DNA from: a virus
Lineage: Duplodnaviria; Caudoviricetes
Virus record (IMG/VR): IMGVR_UViG_3300010366_000026
Location: 1-37,238 of that record
DNA: 37,238 nucleotides
Direction: 5' to 3' (one strand)
Shown: positions 9,803 through 18,606 of the stretch, one piece after another
Numbering within the stretch: position 1 is the stretch's first letter
Layout of the letters: each line of letters begins with the position of its first letter
Made by a program: the position numbers and the translations under genes
Notes under the pieces: generated by a model
What the model saw: only the letters and a program-made list of their open reading frames with translations
What the model was told of the DNA's origin: nothing
Databases searched by the model: none

Positions 9803-10822
9803 TCACCCGATCGGCAGGAAGTTGAGACCGTCAAATTTGCCATGAACCTTCGGCTTGACGTTTACGAGCTCAAGCAAACTGAGAATTGCGCCGATATAAC
9901 CGAACTGATTATTCGGCAATGTCGATTCAAACCCGGTAAATGAAAACGCAGCGCGATCATGTAAAAACAAACTCAGGAAATTCGTGTTTATTATATACAA
10001 TAAACCTTCCGGACAATAAGGGTCCGCATAGAATGGAATACCAGCAATATCCAGCGCCTGAAACCCCGAATGCCCGACGAAATCCGCGGAGGCCTCGAGC
10101 CGCGACGCGGGATTGATCATATAGCGCTCAAGCGGCAGGAAATCCTGCGCCAGCAATGTCCAGGTACCGAAGCCGAGGATGCCGATCTGGGGCATCTCGC
10201 CGGTGGTCTTCGTCACCTGGGCGATATACTGCATCATCAAATTGCGGGTCGGGGCGGTCGGCGCGGTATTGTGGACATACGTGCTCTGCCAGAACGTCTG
10301 CACATTGCGGGCAATACCGCCGTAGACGTTGGCGAACGATCCGTCATCGATTGCCGCCGGCAACCCGATCAGCTGCTGCGTATTGGCGATATTATTGAAC
10401 AGAGATAATGCGAATGTATCGATCGTCACCGATGTCGCGTCGTTCATTCTCGCGTCGATCAGCGGCACGATCGAATAATCGACCTGCACCAGCCCTTCCA
10501 TTCCCAGAAACGGAATCGGCGTGCAGAATGCTTTTAAATTGTATTCGGCGTTCTGTATCCCGGGCATAATACCCGGCTGATTGAATGAACCGGAGTAATC
10601 GACCCACTGCCCGGAAACCATCGGCGCACCCTGCACCGGCGCCGTAATCGGCGAGAGGCCTCCGCTCGCCACCTGCGCGGCGGACAGCAGGCACGCGGTT
10701 AACGGCGCCGCTTTCCAGATCTGGACATACAGCCTCGGCATAAAGGCTCTGCGGACAACGCTCGAGAGCTCGGTGGCTACGGCGCCCGGCGCCGGGATAA
10801 TGCCTTGACCGAAAATAGGCAC
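9803..10822 (-). CDS. Major capsid protein
   Basis: 339 aa, AAGGAGG RBS + GTG; LIGLPAAIDD..YGGIAR..FW and IPFYADPYCPEG segments typical of HK97-fold capsids; follows the scaffold. Confidence 0.85.
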   Translation of the reverse strand: MPIFGQGIIPAPGAVATELSSVVRRAFMPRLYVQIWKAAPLTACLLSAAQVASGGLSPITAPVQGAPMVSGQWVDYSGSFNQPGIMPGIQNAEYNLKAFCTPIPFLGMEGLVQVDYSIVPLIDARMNDATSVTIDTFALSLFNNIANTQQLIGLPAAIDDGSFANVYGGIARNVQTFWQSTYVHNTAPTAPTRNLMMQYIAQVTKTTGEMPQIGILGFGTWTLLAQDFLPLERYMINPASRLEASADFVGHSGFQALDIAGIPFYADPYCPEGLLYIINTNFLSLFLHDRAAFSFTGFESTLPNNQFGYIGAILSLLELVNVKPKVHGKFDGLNFLPIG

Positions 10823-10841
10823 GACGCAGCCTCCTTATTTG

Positions 10842-11441
10842 TCAGCGCTGGAATGCCGGCGACAGAGTGCGGTTTTTGAAGTTCTGGATTTCGTCGATGG
10901 CGCGGTAGGCCGCATTCAGCGACGAGCCGCGCAGGTCGCTGGCGAACGCCTTGAAATCGAGCGGCTTGCCGTCGCGCCCTTCGACGGTCGGGAATTCCCA
11001 GGTCGCGTCGCGCACCGGGTCGGGACGCGGCGGCCGCAGGGTGGGATCACCGGCGCCGGTCTCAGCCGCATAGAGGGTCGCGGCGGCGTTCCAGTCCTTC
11101 AACCCGTAGCGCGTGCGCACCGCATCGATGCCGGCGATCTGCTCCTCGCCGTAGCGCTCAGCGAGCTTCGCCTTCTGCGCATCGTGGGCGGCCGCCGCGG
11201 CACGCATGCCGGAAACGTCAAGCCGCTCCTCGAGGTCGCGCCGATAGGCGTCGAATTTCTCCTGCTCGGCGACGTCGCGGAACGATGTCGAGTAGCGTCG
11301 CGGGTCGATCTCCTTGACCAGTCCGGCGAGGCCTGCGCGGGTTTTCGGATGGTGACCGAGAATGAAGGCGAGGTGCGCGAGGTCCGCCTGCTGCTGCGCA
11401 TTAAGCTGCAGCGGCTGCTGCAGCGGCTGCTGCTCGGCCAT
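10842..11441 (-). CDS. Probable capsid scaffolding protein
   Basis: Helical, charged 199 aa directly upstream of the capsid gene; GGAGG RBS. Confidence 0.55.
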   Translation of the reverse strand: MAEQQPLQQPLQLNAQQQADLAHLAFILGHHPKTRAGLAGLVKEIDPRRYSTSFRDVAEQEKFDAYRRDLEERLDVSGMRAAAAAHDAQKAKLAERYGEEQIAGIDAVRTRYGLKDWNAAATLYAAETGAGDPTLRPPRPDPVRDATWEFPTVEGRDGKPLDFKAFASDLRGSSLNAAYRAIDEIQNFKNRTLSPAFQR

Positions 11442-11442
11442 T

Positions 11443-11655
11443 TTAGTCCTCCCATTTCTTAGCGAATTCGCCGACCTGCGTGCCGAGCATCTTTTCGTAG
11501 GCCCGGTTGCGGTCAGCCGGCAGCTGCGGCTCGCGGCCGCGCATGATGTACTCGTTGCCGGCGGGATTGCGGAATTCGAAGTTTTCCGCGCGCGCTCTGA
11601 ACAGCCAGTCGAGATTGCGCTGGCCGGGAATCGGAATCACGCGGCGGCGCGCCAT
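11443..11655 (-). CDS. Small basic protein (MARRRVIP...)
   Basis: Starts immediately after the stop of 11656..11733. Confidence 0.6.
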   Translation of the reverse strand: MARRRVIPIPGQRNLDWLFRARAENFEFRNPAGNEYIMRGREPQLPADRNRAYEKMLGTQVGEFAKKWED

Positions 11656-11733
11656 CTAGCGACGTCCGCGGCGCGGCCGAGGGAATGTCTTGCGTCCGCC
11701 TCTGCGGACCATACGTCTGCCGCGGCGTGCCAT
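11656..11733 (-). CDS. Arg-rich protamine-like peptide MARRGRRMVRRGGRKTFPRPRRGRR (25 aa)
   Basis: Read manually; TAATG overlap upstream and abuts the next ATG, filling the gap exactly; 12 Arg. Confidence 0.75.
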   Translation of the reverse strand: MARRGRRMVRRGGRKTFPRPRRGRR

Positions 11734-11933
11734 TAGATCGGTCTCCCGCTGACCGCCTTCGGCCCGCCGCGCTCGAGGGTCATTTTATTGCGGTCGAATT
11801 TGCCCCGCGCAGCATTTTCAAAGCCGCCCCATGGCGTGTACATCGGCGCCTGCCGGAACTGTCCCTCCTCCATCTGCCGCTTGTCGAGGTTGCGGGTGTT
11901 CACACCGTTGGGTCTCAGAAATCCTTCGGCCAT
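11733..11933 (-). CDS. Small hypothetical protein, head operon
   Basis: GAGGAG RBS; 66 aa. Confidence 0.65.
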   Translation of the reverse strand: MAEGFLRPNGVNTRNLDKRQMEEGQFRQAPMYTPWGGFENAARGKFDRNKMTLERGGPKAVSGRPI

Positions 11934-11944
11934 GACGAGCTCCT

Positions 11945-12445
11945 CTATGCTCCGAGGTCCGGTGGTGCGCCCGGGATGCCGGGCGGTGCGCCCATGCCGG
12001 GCGGCGGTGTCATCGGCGGCGGCCCGCCTGGCATTGCGGGCGGGCCCATGCCCGGCGGTGCCGCCCCGCCGAGCGGCGGCTGCGGCAGCGCGGCCAGCTG
12101 GCGGCGGCCCGCTGCCGTAGTTTCACCGGCCGTCGTATGACCGATGACCGGATTGAGTTTCGTGATTGCGCTCTGGATCGCGTTGAACTCTTTCGAGCCC
12201 ACCCCGAAATCCGGCGACAGCTCGAGCAGCTTTTCGACCAGGTTTCTGATCGTCTCGACGGCGGCCGCCCGCTTTCCCAGGTTGTTGCCCGGCGACACCA
12301 TCGGCGAGCCGCCCGGACCTCCGGGGGCCCCGACCGGCGACCGGGGACGCATGAAGGGAGGCGGCGGGCGCACCGGAGACGGAGGCGCACCCGCACCCGG
12401 GGGCCCGGGGGCCCGGGGCGGAAACGGGAGCGGGGGCATAGCCAT
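11945..12445 (-). CDS. Pro/Gly-rich protein with a central helical core
   Basis: 166 aa, poly-Pro termini; head operon. Confidence 0.65.
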   Translation of the reverse strand: MAMPPLPFPPRAPGPPGAGAPPSPVRPPPPFMRPRSPVGAPGGPGGSPMVSPGNNLGKRAAAVETIRNLVEKLLELSPDFGVGSKEFNAIQSAITKLNPVIGHTTAGETTAAGRRQLAALPQPPLGGAAPPGMGPPAMPGGPPPMTPPPGMGAPPGIPGAPPDLGA

Positions 12446-12515
12446 GGAGTGAATAGGAATTCACCGGCTGTCCGGTTGTCAACTTAGAGGCGTTCTACTT
12501 TGCCCCTGCGGGGCA

Positions 12516-12590
12516 TCAGTAACGGCGGCCCCTGCGGCGGGCGCGCCGGGCGCGGCGTGAGGCCGGCACCAGGACCATACGTCTAGCCAT
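12516..12590 (-). CDS. Arg-rich protamine-like peptide MARRMVLVPASRRARRARRRGRRY (24 aa)
   Basis: Read manually; GGGGAG RBS; 11 Arg; shares 13 nt (RRMV codons) with 11656..11733. Confidence 0.7.
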   Translation of the reverse strand: MARRMVLVPASRRARRARRRGRRY

Positions 12591-12605
12591 TTGACTCCCC
12601 ATTGG

Positions 12606-12658
12606 AAAAAACCCCGGGCCGAAGTCTGCAAGGGGCATTCGATGATGCTGGCCCGGGG
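12606..12658 (-). terminator. Terminator/attenuator-like stem with a U6 tract
   Basis: CCCCGGGCC/GGCCCGGGG 9-bp stem (12612-12620 with 12650-12658), then TTTTTT on the minus strand; the loop is atypically long (29 nt). Confidence 0.4.
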
Positions 12659-12701
12659 GGGTGCATGAATCTCCAGGGATGAAGGAAAGGGGGGGGTGTT
12701 G

Positions 12702-12746
12702 CTAACGACGGCCGCGACGGCCGCGGCGGTGTCTTCGACGCGCCAT
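12702..12746 (-). CDS. Arg-rich peptide MARRRHRRGRRGRR (14 aa)
   Basis: Read manually; strong AGGAGG RBS; 9 of 14 residues Arg; first ORF of the leftward late operon. Confidence 0.7.
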   Translation of the reverse strand: MARRRHRRGRRGRR

Positions 12747-12905
12747 ATGCTCCTCCTGCTTTAAGTGCTCTTGCGCTGCAACGCGCGGGTGTTGGAAGAT
12801 GCGAACCGAGGTTCACTTATTGCCGGCAGCCTGACAACTGCGTCAATCCGTCACTGCCCTGAACTGCACTGCCGGGCAGAAGTTCAGGGCAGGGTGAGGC
12901 AAGCA

Positions 12906-13427
12906 ATGAATCTGGTGTCACGCGACTGGCGCTGCCTGAACGTCCGCTGCGGCCGGCAATTCCACAGCTTTGAAAAGGAGAATCCCGAATGCCCGCGCTG
13001 CGGCTGCGCCCGGGTCTCGTGGGTACCGGGCGGCGGCCATATCGGCACCACCGGCCGCATCGATCGTACGGTGCGCAGCCTCGCCGACAGCTACGGCATG
13101 ACCGACGTCAACACGCCGTCGCCCAGCAGATTGAATCGCGCTATGCCGAAGCACTACATGCCGCCGGCCGACGGCGCAGTAGTCAATTTCGCGCCGGGGT
13201 TCTCGGCACCGGTGAACAGCCAGGGCCTGGCGACGAGCGGCTGGTCGACCTCGCGCGTGAACTTCAAGACCACCGTCGCGGCCGAACGCCCGCTGCCGCG
13301 CGCCACCACCTATCCGCAGATCGGCCAGGCACATCTGGGGTTACCAGGTAACCAGTACCGCCACGGCTACAACACACCGATGACGCCGCGCTCGACGCTG
13401 GCCCGGCCGATGCGGGGCGGGTCATGA
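12906..13427 (+). CDS. Zinc-ribbon (FmdB-like) protein
   Basis: WRCLNVRCGRQF...ECPRCG; GAGG RBS; ATGA-coupled to the portal gene. Confidence 0.65.
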   Translation: MNLVSRDWRCLNVRCGRQFHSFEKENPECPRCGCARVSWVPGGGHIGTTGRIDRTVRSLADSYGMTDVNTPSPSRLNRAMPKHYMPPADGAVVNFAPGFSAPVNSQGLATSGWSTSRVNFKTTVAAERPLPRATTYPQIGQAHLGLPGNQYRHGYNTPMTPRSTLARPMRGGS

Positions 13428-15274
13428 TCCTGCCCGACCGCGACGAGGACCTCGAGCGCCGCGTCAAGTGGCTGATCGACCGCTGCCGCGACACCCAGCG
13501 CGACCGCGTCCAGCTGTACGACATGCGCGAGCGTTATTTCCTGTTCGGCACCGGCGCGCTGTCCTCACAGGTCCGCTACAACCGCATTGAATCGCACCTC
13601 GACCTGGTAGCCAGTTTCCTCTACGCACCCGACCACGCCTTCTACAGTTTAACGGCCGCACGCAACGCAGACGACGCGGTGATGCGCCAGGCAACGGCGC
13701 TGCAGGACGAGGTCAACGACGATTTTCTGGAGTCGGGCATCAGCGACGCCTTCGGCGAATCGATCCCGTGGGCGCTGTGCTACGACACGATGCTGATGAA
13801 ACTCGGGTGGAACGACATTGCCGGCGAGCACAGCGTGCGGGTCATCCAGCCGCATCAGTTCGGCGTATTTCGCGAAGACCTGCGCGAGCTCGATGAGCAG
13901 GAGGCCTTCTGCCACACTTATGCGCTCGAATACCACGATGCGGTGATGCGGCTGATCCGCGCCGGCCGCGAAAGCGAAATCCCGCGGCTCGCCGTGATAA
14001 ACCAGCCGTTTACCTCACCATTTCCCGAAATGCTGACGCGAATGATTATCGCCGGCACCGGCGGACATAATCTGCAGGGCAATATATTCGGCCAGATTAA
14101 CCCCGAATATACACCATCAGCGACTTACCAGCCGAAAACCGCACATCCGATGTGCATGATGGACGAGCTGTGGGTGTGGGACACCGAATGCGAGGATTAC
14201 CGGATTTTCCACGTTGCGGACCCGGATATCCTGATCGGCGACAGCCGCAAGACGGTGGAGGCGATGATGTCGTCACCATCGATCAAATCGAAGCTGGAGA
14301 AACGCGCCAGCCGCGTGCGCAGCCGGCGCCGGCGGTTCCGCGACAATGCACTGATCGCACCGGACCCGGAGGAACCCGAGGCGCCCGGCCGCGTTTCACC
14401 GTGCAATCTGTTTCTGCCCAGCGAATACCCTTTCCGTAAAATACAGCCCTATAAAAAATATAATTATTTCTGGGGAAAGGCCCATATCGACAGTTTAATG
14501 TCCCTGCAAGACTGGATGAATGAACGATTTGAACAAATAGACGATTTGCTGGAACGCCAGGCCTATCCGCCGCGGGTTGGTATCGGCATGACCGGGCTGG
14601 CGGACGAAAAATTCGAGGCCTCGAGCTCGGCGGACGCCTGGATGACCGAACAGATGCCCAACGCCAAAATCGAGGAGCTCGCACCGAAGCTCCCCCCCGA
14701 CATGTTCCTCGAGCTCCGCGAGATGGGCACATTTTTCCTCGAGGCCTCCGGGCTGACCGAGATTATCTCCGGCCGCGGCGAGCAGGGGGTACGTTCGCGC
14801 GGCCACGCCCAGCAGCTGCAGCAGACCGGCAGCGGCAGAATCAAACGCGCGGCGCTGCAGCTGGAAAATACGCTGGTGGGCATAGGCGACATCCTCGTGA
14901 AATTAAAAATGGCAAACGACACCGAGACGATTATTCCGGAGCCCATCGAGGAGCACGGCAAGGAGGTCACCGAACCGTTTTTGCCGTATCAGCTGGCGAC
15001 ACCGTACAAGCTGCGGATTTCCGGCCACGCCTTCTCGCCGCTGTTCGTCAATGAATCGCGCGAGCTCGCCCTGCTGCTCAAGCGCAGTGGAGCCATCGAC
15101 AACGAAATGCTGACCCGCATGCTGCAGCCGCCGAACCTCGACGCGATCATCCACGCACAGAAGGCGGCACAGCGCAAAGAGCGGCAGCTGATCATGTCGC
15201 TGCCGCCCGAGCAGCGGCTGCAGCTGCTGTCCGGCGGCAAAGGCGGTGCCGGAGGAGGCGGCCGGCGCAAATGA
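13424..15274 (+). CDS. Portal protein (P22-like)
   Basis: 616 aa; YNRIESHLDLVASFL, YFWGKAHIDSLMSLQDWMNE, EASGLTEIISGR segments typical of portals. Confidence 0.8.
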   Translation: MILPDRDEDLERRVKWLIDRCRDTQRDRVQLYDMRERYFLFGTGALSSQVRYNRIESHLDLVASFLYAPDHAFYSLTAARNADDAVMRQATALQDEVNDDFLESGISDAFGESIPWALCYDTMLMKLGWNDIAGEHSVRVIQPHQFGVFREDLRELDEQEAFCHTYALEYHDAVMRLIRAGRESEIPRLAVINQPFTSPFPEMLTRMIIAGTGGHNLQGNIFGQINPEYTPSATYQPKTAHPMCMMDELWVWDTECEDYRIFHVADPDILIGDSRKTVEAMMSSPSIKSKLEKRASRVRSRRRRFRDNALIAPDPEEPEAPGRVSPCNLFLPSEYPFRKIQPYKKYNYFWGKAHIDSLMSLQDWMNERFEQIDDLLERQAYPPRVGIGMTGLADEKFEASSSADAWMTEQMPNAKIEELAPKLPPDMFLELREMGTFFLEASGLTEIISGRGEQGVRSRGHAQQLQQTGSGRIKRAALQLENTLVGIGDILVKLKMANDTETIIPEPIEEHGKEVTEPFLPYQLATPYKLRISGHAFSPLFVNESRELALLLKRSGAIDNEMLTRMLQPPNLDAIIHAQKAAQRKERQLIMSLPPEQRLQLLSGGKGGAGGGGRRK

Positions 15275-15453
15275 AACCATTGCGCAACAAACGCCGTGAC
15301 GATCCCGACCGGCGCGACTTCCGCGAAGGGTTTTATTTCAACGGCGAATGGTGGACCTGCGAACAGGTTCACGCCGTCTCGAAGGCGCGGATGGCCGCCT
15401 TCGACAAGCTGCCGAAAGAACACCGCGACCGCATCAACAAGGAGGGACGCTGA
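15271..15453 (+). CDS. Hypothetical protein
   Basis: Coupled to neighbours (ATGA/TGATG); MAAFDKLPKEHRDRIN. Confidence 0.6.
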   Translation: MKPLRNKRRDDPDRRDFREGFYFNGEWWTCEQVHAVSKARMAAFDKLPKEHRDRINKEGR

Positions 15454-15800
15454 TGGCCGCCGGGACGTTGAATTCACGATCGGTACTGCAACATGGTTTC
15501 GGCAATGTGACCGGGACGACAGTGCCGCTGGTGCCGGTTGCTTCGGTGCCGGCCGGACAGCGGATCGGGGTTTACGCGCTGCTGGTGACGGTGAGCGCCG
15601 CGGTGACGGTGACGGTGCAGGACTCGGGCGGCGGAGCACTGAGCCAGGCGTTCCAGCTGGCCGCCAACGGCAGCATCGCACTCGATGTCAATGCCAACGG
15701 CGATCCGTGGTTTCAGGCGGGACCGGGCATGGGACTGCAGCTGGCGCTGAGCGCAAGCGCCACCGTCGGCTTCGACGTCTACTGGCTGCCGACGATATGA
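15453..15800 (+). CDS. Small beta-rich virion protein
   Basis: GGAGG RBS, TGATG overlap; 115 aa. Confidence 0.6.
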   Translation: MAAGTLNSRSVLQHGFGNVTGTTVPLVPVASVPAGQRIGVYALLVTVSAAVTVTVQDSGGGALSQAFQLAANGSIALDVNANGDPWFQAGPGMGLQLALSASATVGFDVYWLPTI

Positions 15801-16504
15801 CCGGCATCGGCGCATCAGCAGGCGTGCGGCTGCCGAGCACCATCGGCGGGCCCGGAGGACCACCACCGCCACCACCGCCGCCGCCGTGGGAACTGCTGGC
15901 AATGACGGCATTGATGAATACGACGGCCGGCCCGCAACCGACGGCTCCGATCGATACCACAGGCGCGGACCTGATCGTCATCTGCCGGTTCTGTATCGGG
16001 GTCGCGACGGTGGGGCCGGGCCCGGCACAGTGGAACGACAGTGCCGGCAATACGTGGCAGAGCGCGGTGAACACCACGAATTACGGCCTGCTGGCCGTCA
16101 ACTACATCACTAATCCGGTAACCAGTGCCGCGCATACCTTCAACGTCGCGGAAGCAACGAGCTCGATAGCCGTGCTCGCATATTCTGGATCGCGCGCCAA
16201 CCCGTTCGACACCGCGACGCAATGGACACTGCGCAACAGTTCATTGCAGCCGGGATGGGCGAATATCGTTCCCACTGCGAACAACATGCTGCTTCTCAAT
16301 GTGCTTGCTACGCAATCGGCCTGGACAGACCTGGCGTTCGACAGCGGATTTACGCTGCAGGAACTGGCAGTGGCCGCAGGACAGTTCGGCATCGGTGTCG
16401 GAACGCTGATTCAAGGACCGGCTGTGCCGATCAATCCGACCATGACCTCAACGCCTGCCGACACCGCAGTGATCAATGCCCTGGCGGGCTTCTTTGCAGG
16501 GTGA
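15797..16504 (+). CDS. Beta-rich virion/receptor-binding-like protein
   Basis: ATGA-coupled; poly-Pro linker then IDTTGADLIV..DSAGNTW..HTF domain. Confidence 0.6.
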   Translation: MTGIGASAGVRLPSTIGGPGGPPPPPPPPPWELLAMTALMNTTAGPQPTAPIDTTGADLIVICRFCIGVATVGPGPAQWNDSAGNTWQSAVNTTNYGLLAVNYITNPVTSAAHTFNVAEATSSIAVLAYSGSRANPFDTATQWTLRNSSLQPGWANIVPTANNMLLLNVLATQSAWTDLAFDSGFTLQELAVAAGQFGIGVGTLIQGPAVPINPTMTSTPADTAVINALAGFFAG

Positions 16505-16508
16505 CGAA

Positions 16509-16712
16509 ATGAGTGACCAGCGCATTCTGAAAATGATGGCCGGGCTGTCCTCGACGCCGGCAGAGCGCAAGCAGCGCCGCGTGCAGCGGCAGGAGGCGAA
16601 AGCCCTGCGCGCCTCCGAGCAGCGCGTCAAGCTGATCGAGCAGATCATGCAGCGCGAACAGGGCACGCCGGGATTCAGAGCGATGCCCTTCGCCAACCTG
16701 CACAAAAAATAA
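16509..16712 (+). CDS. Small basic hypothetical protein
   Basis: 67 aa ORF filling the gap and abutting the next ATG. Confidence 0.55.
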   Translation: MSDQRILKMMAGLSSTPAERKQRRVQRQEAKALRASEQRVKLIEQIMQREQGTPGFRAMPFANLHKK

Positions 16713-18434
16713 ATGGCCGACCCGCTCGCCGACGAGGTGTCGACCGACGCCCTGCTGCGCACGGCAGTGCCGCCGAGCAGGACAGTGCCGCCGCTGACGC
16801 CGGAGGAGAGCGAGGCGCAGCGCCTCGGCACGCGCAGCCCCGGCCTGGAATTCCTGCGCAGCTTTTTCATGCCCGCCCAAAGCATGAAATATCCGGACAC
16901 GGCGGAAGCAAACCGCGTCTACGCGGAGGCGCTCGCCCAGGCGCACGCGGCCGGCGGCGGCAAGGTGCCGCCGATGCCCGGCAGCCAGATGTTTACCGAA
17001 GGGCAGGGCACCATCATCGACCTTTTACAGGACGTCGGACCGAAGGGGCTGGCGGCACTCAAGGTGCTCGGCCCGGCCGCGAAGGCGATCGGCGGCGCAG
17101 CGCTGCACACCGGCGACCCGCTGAGCCTCGGCCTGATCGGCGGCGCGCTGCATCCGTCATGGATCTCGCAGCGGCTGCCGGTCGCCGCGGCCGCGGTCGA
17201 GGACCCGCTCGCCGAGCAGCTATCGATCGACGTCGCAGCAATGAAGGCGACACCAAAGGCGAAAGGCCAGCAGGAAGGCCTGTTTGAGAAGACCGTCAAT
17301 GCCACGCGCGACTATCCGAACATGGCCGGGTCGCGCGCGAATTCGACCGAGGCACACGCCGCCAACTTCCTGAACCACGTCAGCGACAATCTGAAATGGC
17401 TGTACAACCAGGTACCCCAGCAAATCCGCGACCGCTCGAAACTCTGGTATGAGGGCGCCAACCGGATGGCCCAGGGAGCCGCCAAGCATTTCGATATCCC
17501 GCTGCAATCGGCGGCCGGCGTCTATGCCGCGCTGTCGCCGCGCAAAGAGTGGTTCATGAACGTGAGCCTCGGCGACCGGCTGATGTATATCTGGAAGAAC
17601 CACCAGAACACGCCGTGGTCCGAGCTCATGACCGCAAAAGCGGTCGGCACGCCGGAGGCGCCCGGCATTTACGCCGATGCGGAATTTGCCCCGCAGATGC
17701 AGAACATCATGGGCAAGACATATGCGCAGCTGCAGGACCCGTTTGAAAAGGCGATGTGGGTGAGGATTTACGACGAGGCCAACCACGACCCGAATTTTCT
17801 CGTCATCACGCCGGAGGGCGACCGCCTCGGCGCCAGCTTAAGAAAAGACCAGCAGCCGAAATCGATCGTCTGGGCCGGCCGCGACGCGATGGCGAAAGCA
17901 ATCCAGGTGCTCGAGAGCCACGGCGACCGCGCCGTCATCAGCCAGCTGATGGGTGAAAAGCACAAGGTGCGCAATTTCTATATGAACATTCTCGACCCGC
18001 ACTCACCGACCCTCGACGTGACGATTGACACGCACGCCATTGCCGCCGCGCTGCTGCGGCCGCTCGGTCTGGGGAACAAGGAAGTCAAGCTCGGTCTGGG
18101 CGCCGGGCCCGGTTCTGACATCACCGGCGCCCGCGGCGCTTACGGCCTGTATGCGGAGGCGTATAGACGCACCGCAAAGGAACTTGGTATATCTCCGCGT
18201 GAGCTCCAGTCGATCGTCTGGGAGGCGGTGCGAGGCCTGTACCCGGACACGTTCAAGACCGAAGCCAATCAGAATGCCATCAACGCAATGTGGCAAAGCC
18301 AGGCGCAAGGGGTAACAGCAGATGCCATCCGACAACAGATCCTCAAATATGCCGGCGGCATCAACTCGCCCGAATGGCATGGCATCCCTCCCGGAGGCCT
18401 CGACCCCGCAGGGTGGTACGCTACCCTACCCTAA
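16713..18434 (+). CDS. Large protein with a putative HhH-glycosylase-like (DUF7178-like) domain
   Basis: Motifs WYE, AALSPRKEWFMN, KVRNFYMNI, VTIDTHA, YRRTAKELGISPRELQSIVW; family recalled from motifs, not searched. Confidence 0.55.
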   Translation: MADPLADEVSTDALLRTAVPPSRTVPPLTPEESEAQRLGTRSPGLEFLRSFFMPAQSMKYPDTAEANRVYAEALAQAHAAGGGKVPPMPGSQMFTEGQGTIIDLLQDVGPKGLAALKVLGPAAKAIGGAALHTGDPLSLGLIGGALHPSWISQRLPVAAAAVEDPLAEQLSIDVAAMKATPKAKGQQEGLFEKTVNATRDYPNMAGSRANSTEAHAANFLNHVSDNLKWLYNQVPQQIRDRSKLWYEGANRMAQGAAKHFDIPLQSAAGVYAALSPRKEWFMNVSLGDRLMYIWKNHQNTPWSELMTAKAVGTPEAPGIYADAEFAPQMQNIMGKTYAQLQDPFEKAMWVRIYDEANHDPNFLVITPEGDRLGASLRKDQQPKSIVWAGRDAMAKAIQVLESHGDRAVISQLMGEKHKVRNFYMNILDPHSPTLDVTIDTHAIAAALLRPLGLGNKEVKLGLGAGPGSDITGARGAYGLYAEAYRRTAKELGISPRELQSIVWEAVRGLYPDTFKTEANQNAINAMWQSQAQGVTADAIRQQILKYAGGINSPEWHGIPPGGLDPAGWYATLP

Positions 18435-18606
18435 AGAAGACGACAGCCCGGTGCTGCGCGGCATGCTCCGCTACAATATTCCGATTACCCGCGAGAATTA
18501 CATCAAACAGAACTGGCAGCCGGTGCCGGAGCCCTGGGACGTCGAGCTCGAGGCGGAACTGCCGCGGTTCCTGCAGGACTGGACGCAATTTGGATTCCCA
18601 ACCTGA
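18379..18606 (+). CDS. Small protein with an acidic C-terminus
   Basis: Overlaps the 3' end of 16713..18434 and the 5' end of terL; NIPITRENYI..WDVELEAELP. Confidence 0.55.
   Translation: MASLPEASTPQGGTLPYPKEDDSPVLRGMLRYNIPITRENYIKQNWQPVPEPWDVELEAELPRFLQDWTQFGFPT

Noticed and set aside
9880-10030. AT-richer patches in capsid and portal (about 14440-14560) genes as inserts or introns
   Set aside because: Reading frames are continuous and encode ordinary F/I/N/Y/K-rich protein
12484-12516. 10-aa ORF MPRRGKVERL overlapping the peptide stop (TGATG)
   Set aside because: Too short, and its start lies in a GC hairpin; cannot be supported
18290-18589. N-terminal 100 aa of the ORF-track terminase
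   Set aside because: Overlaps two better-supported genes; start placed at TTG 18590
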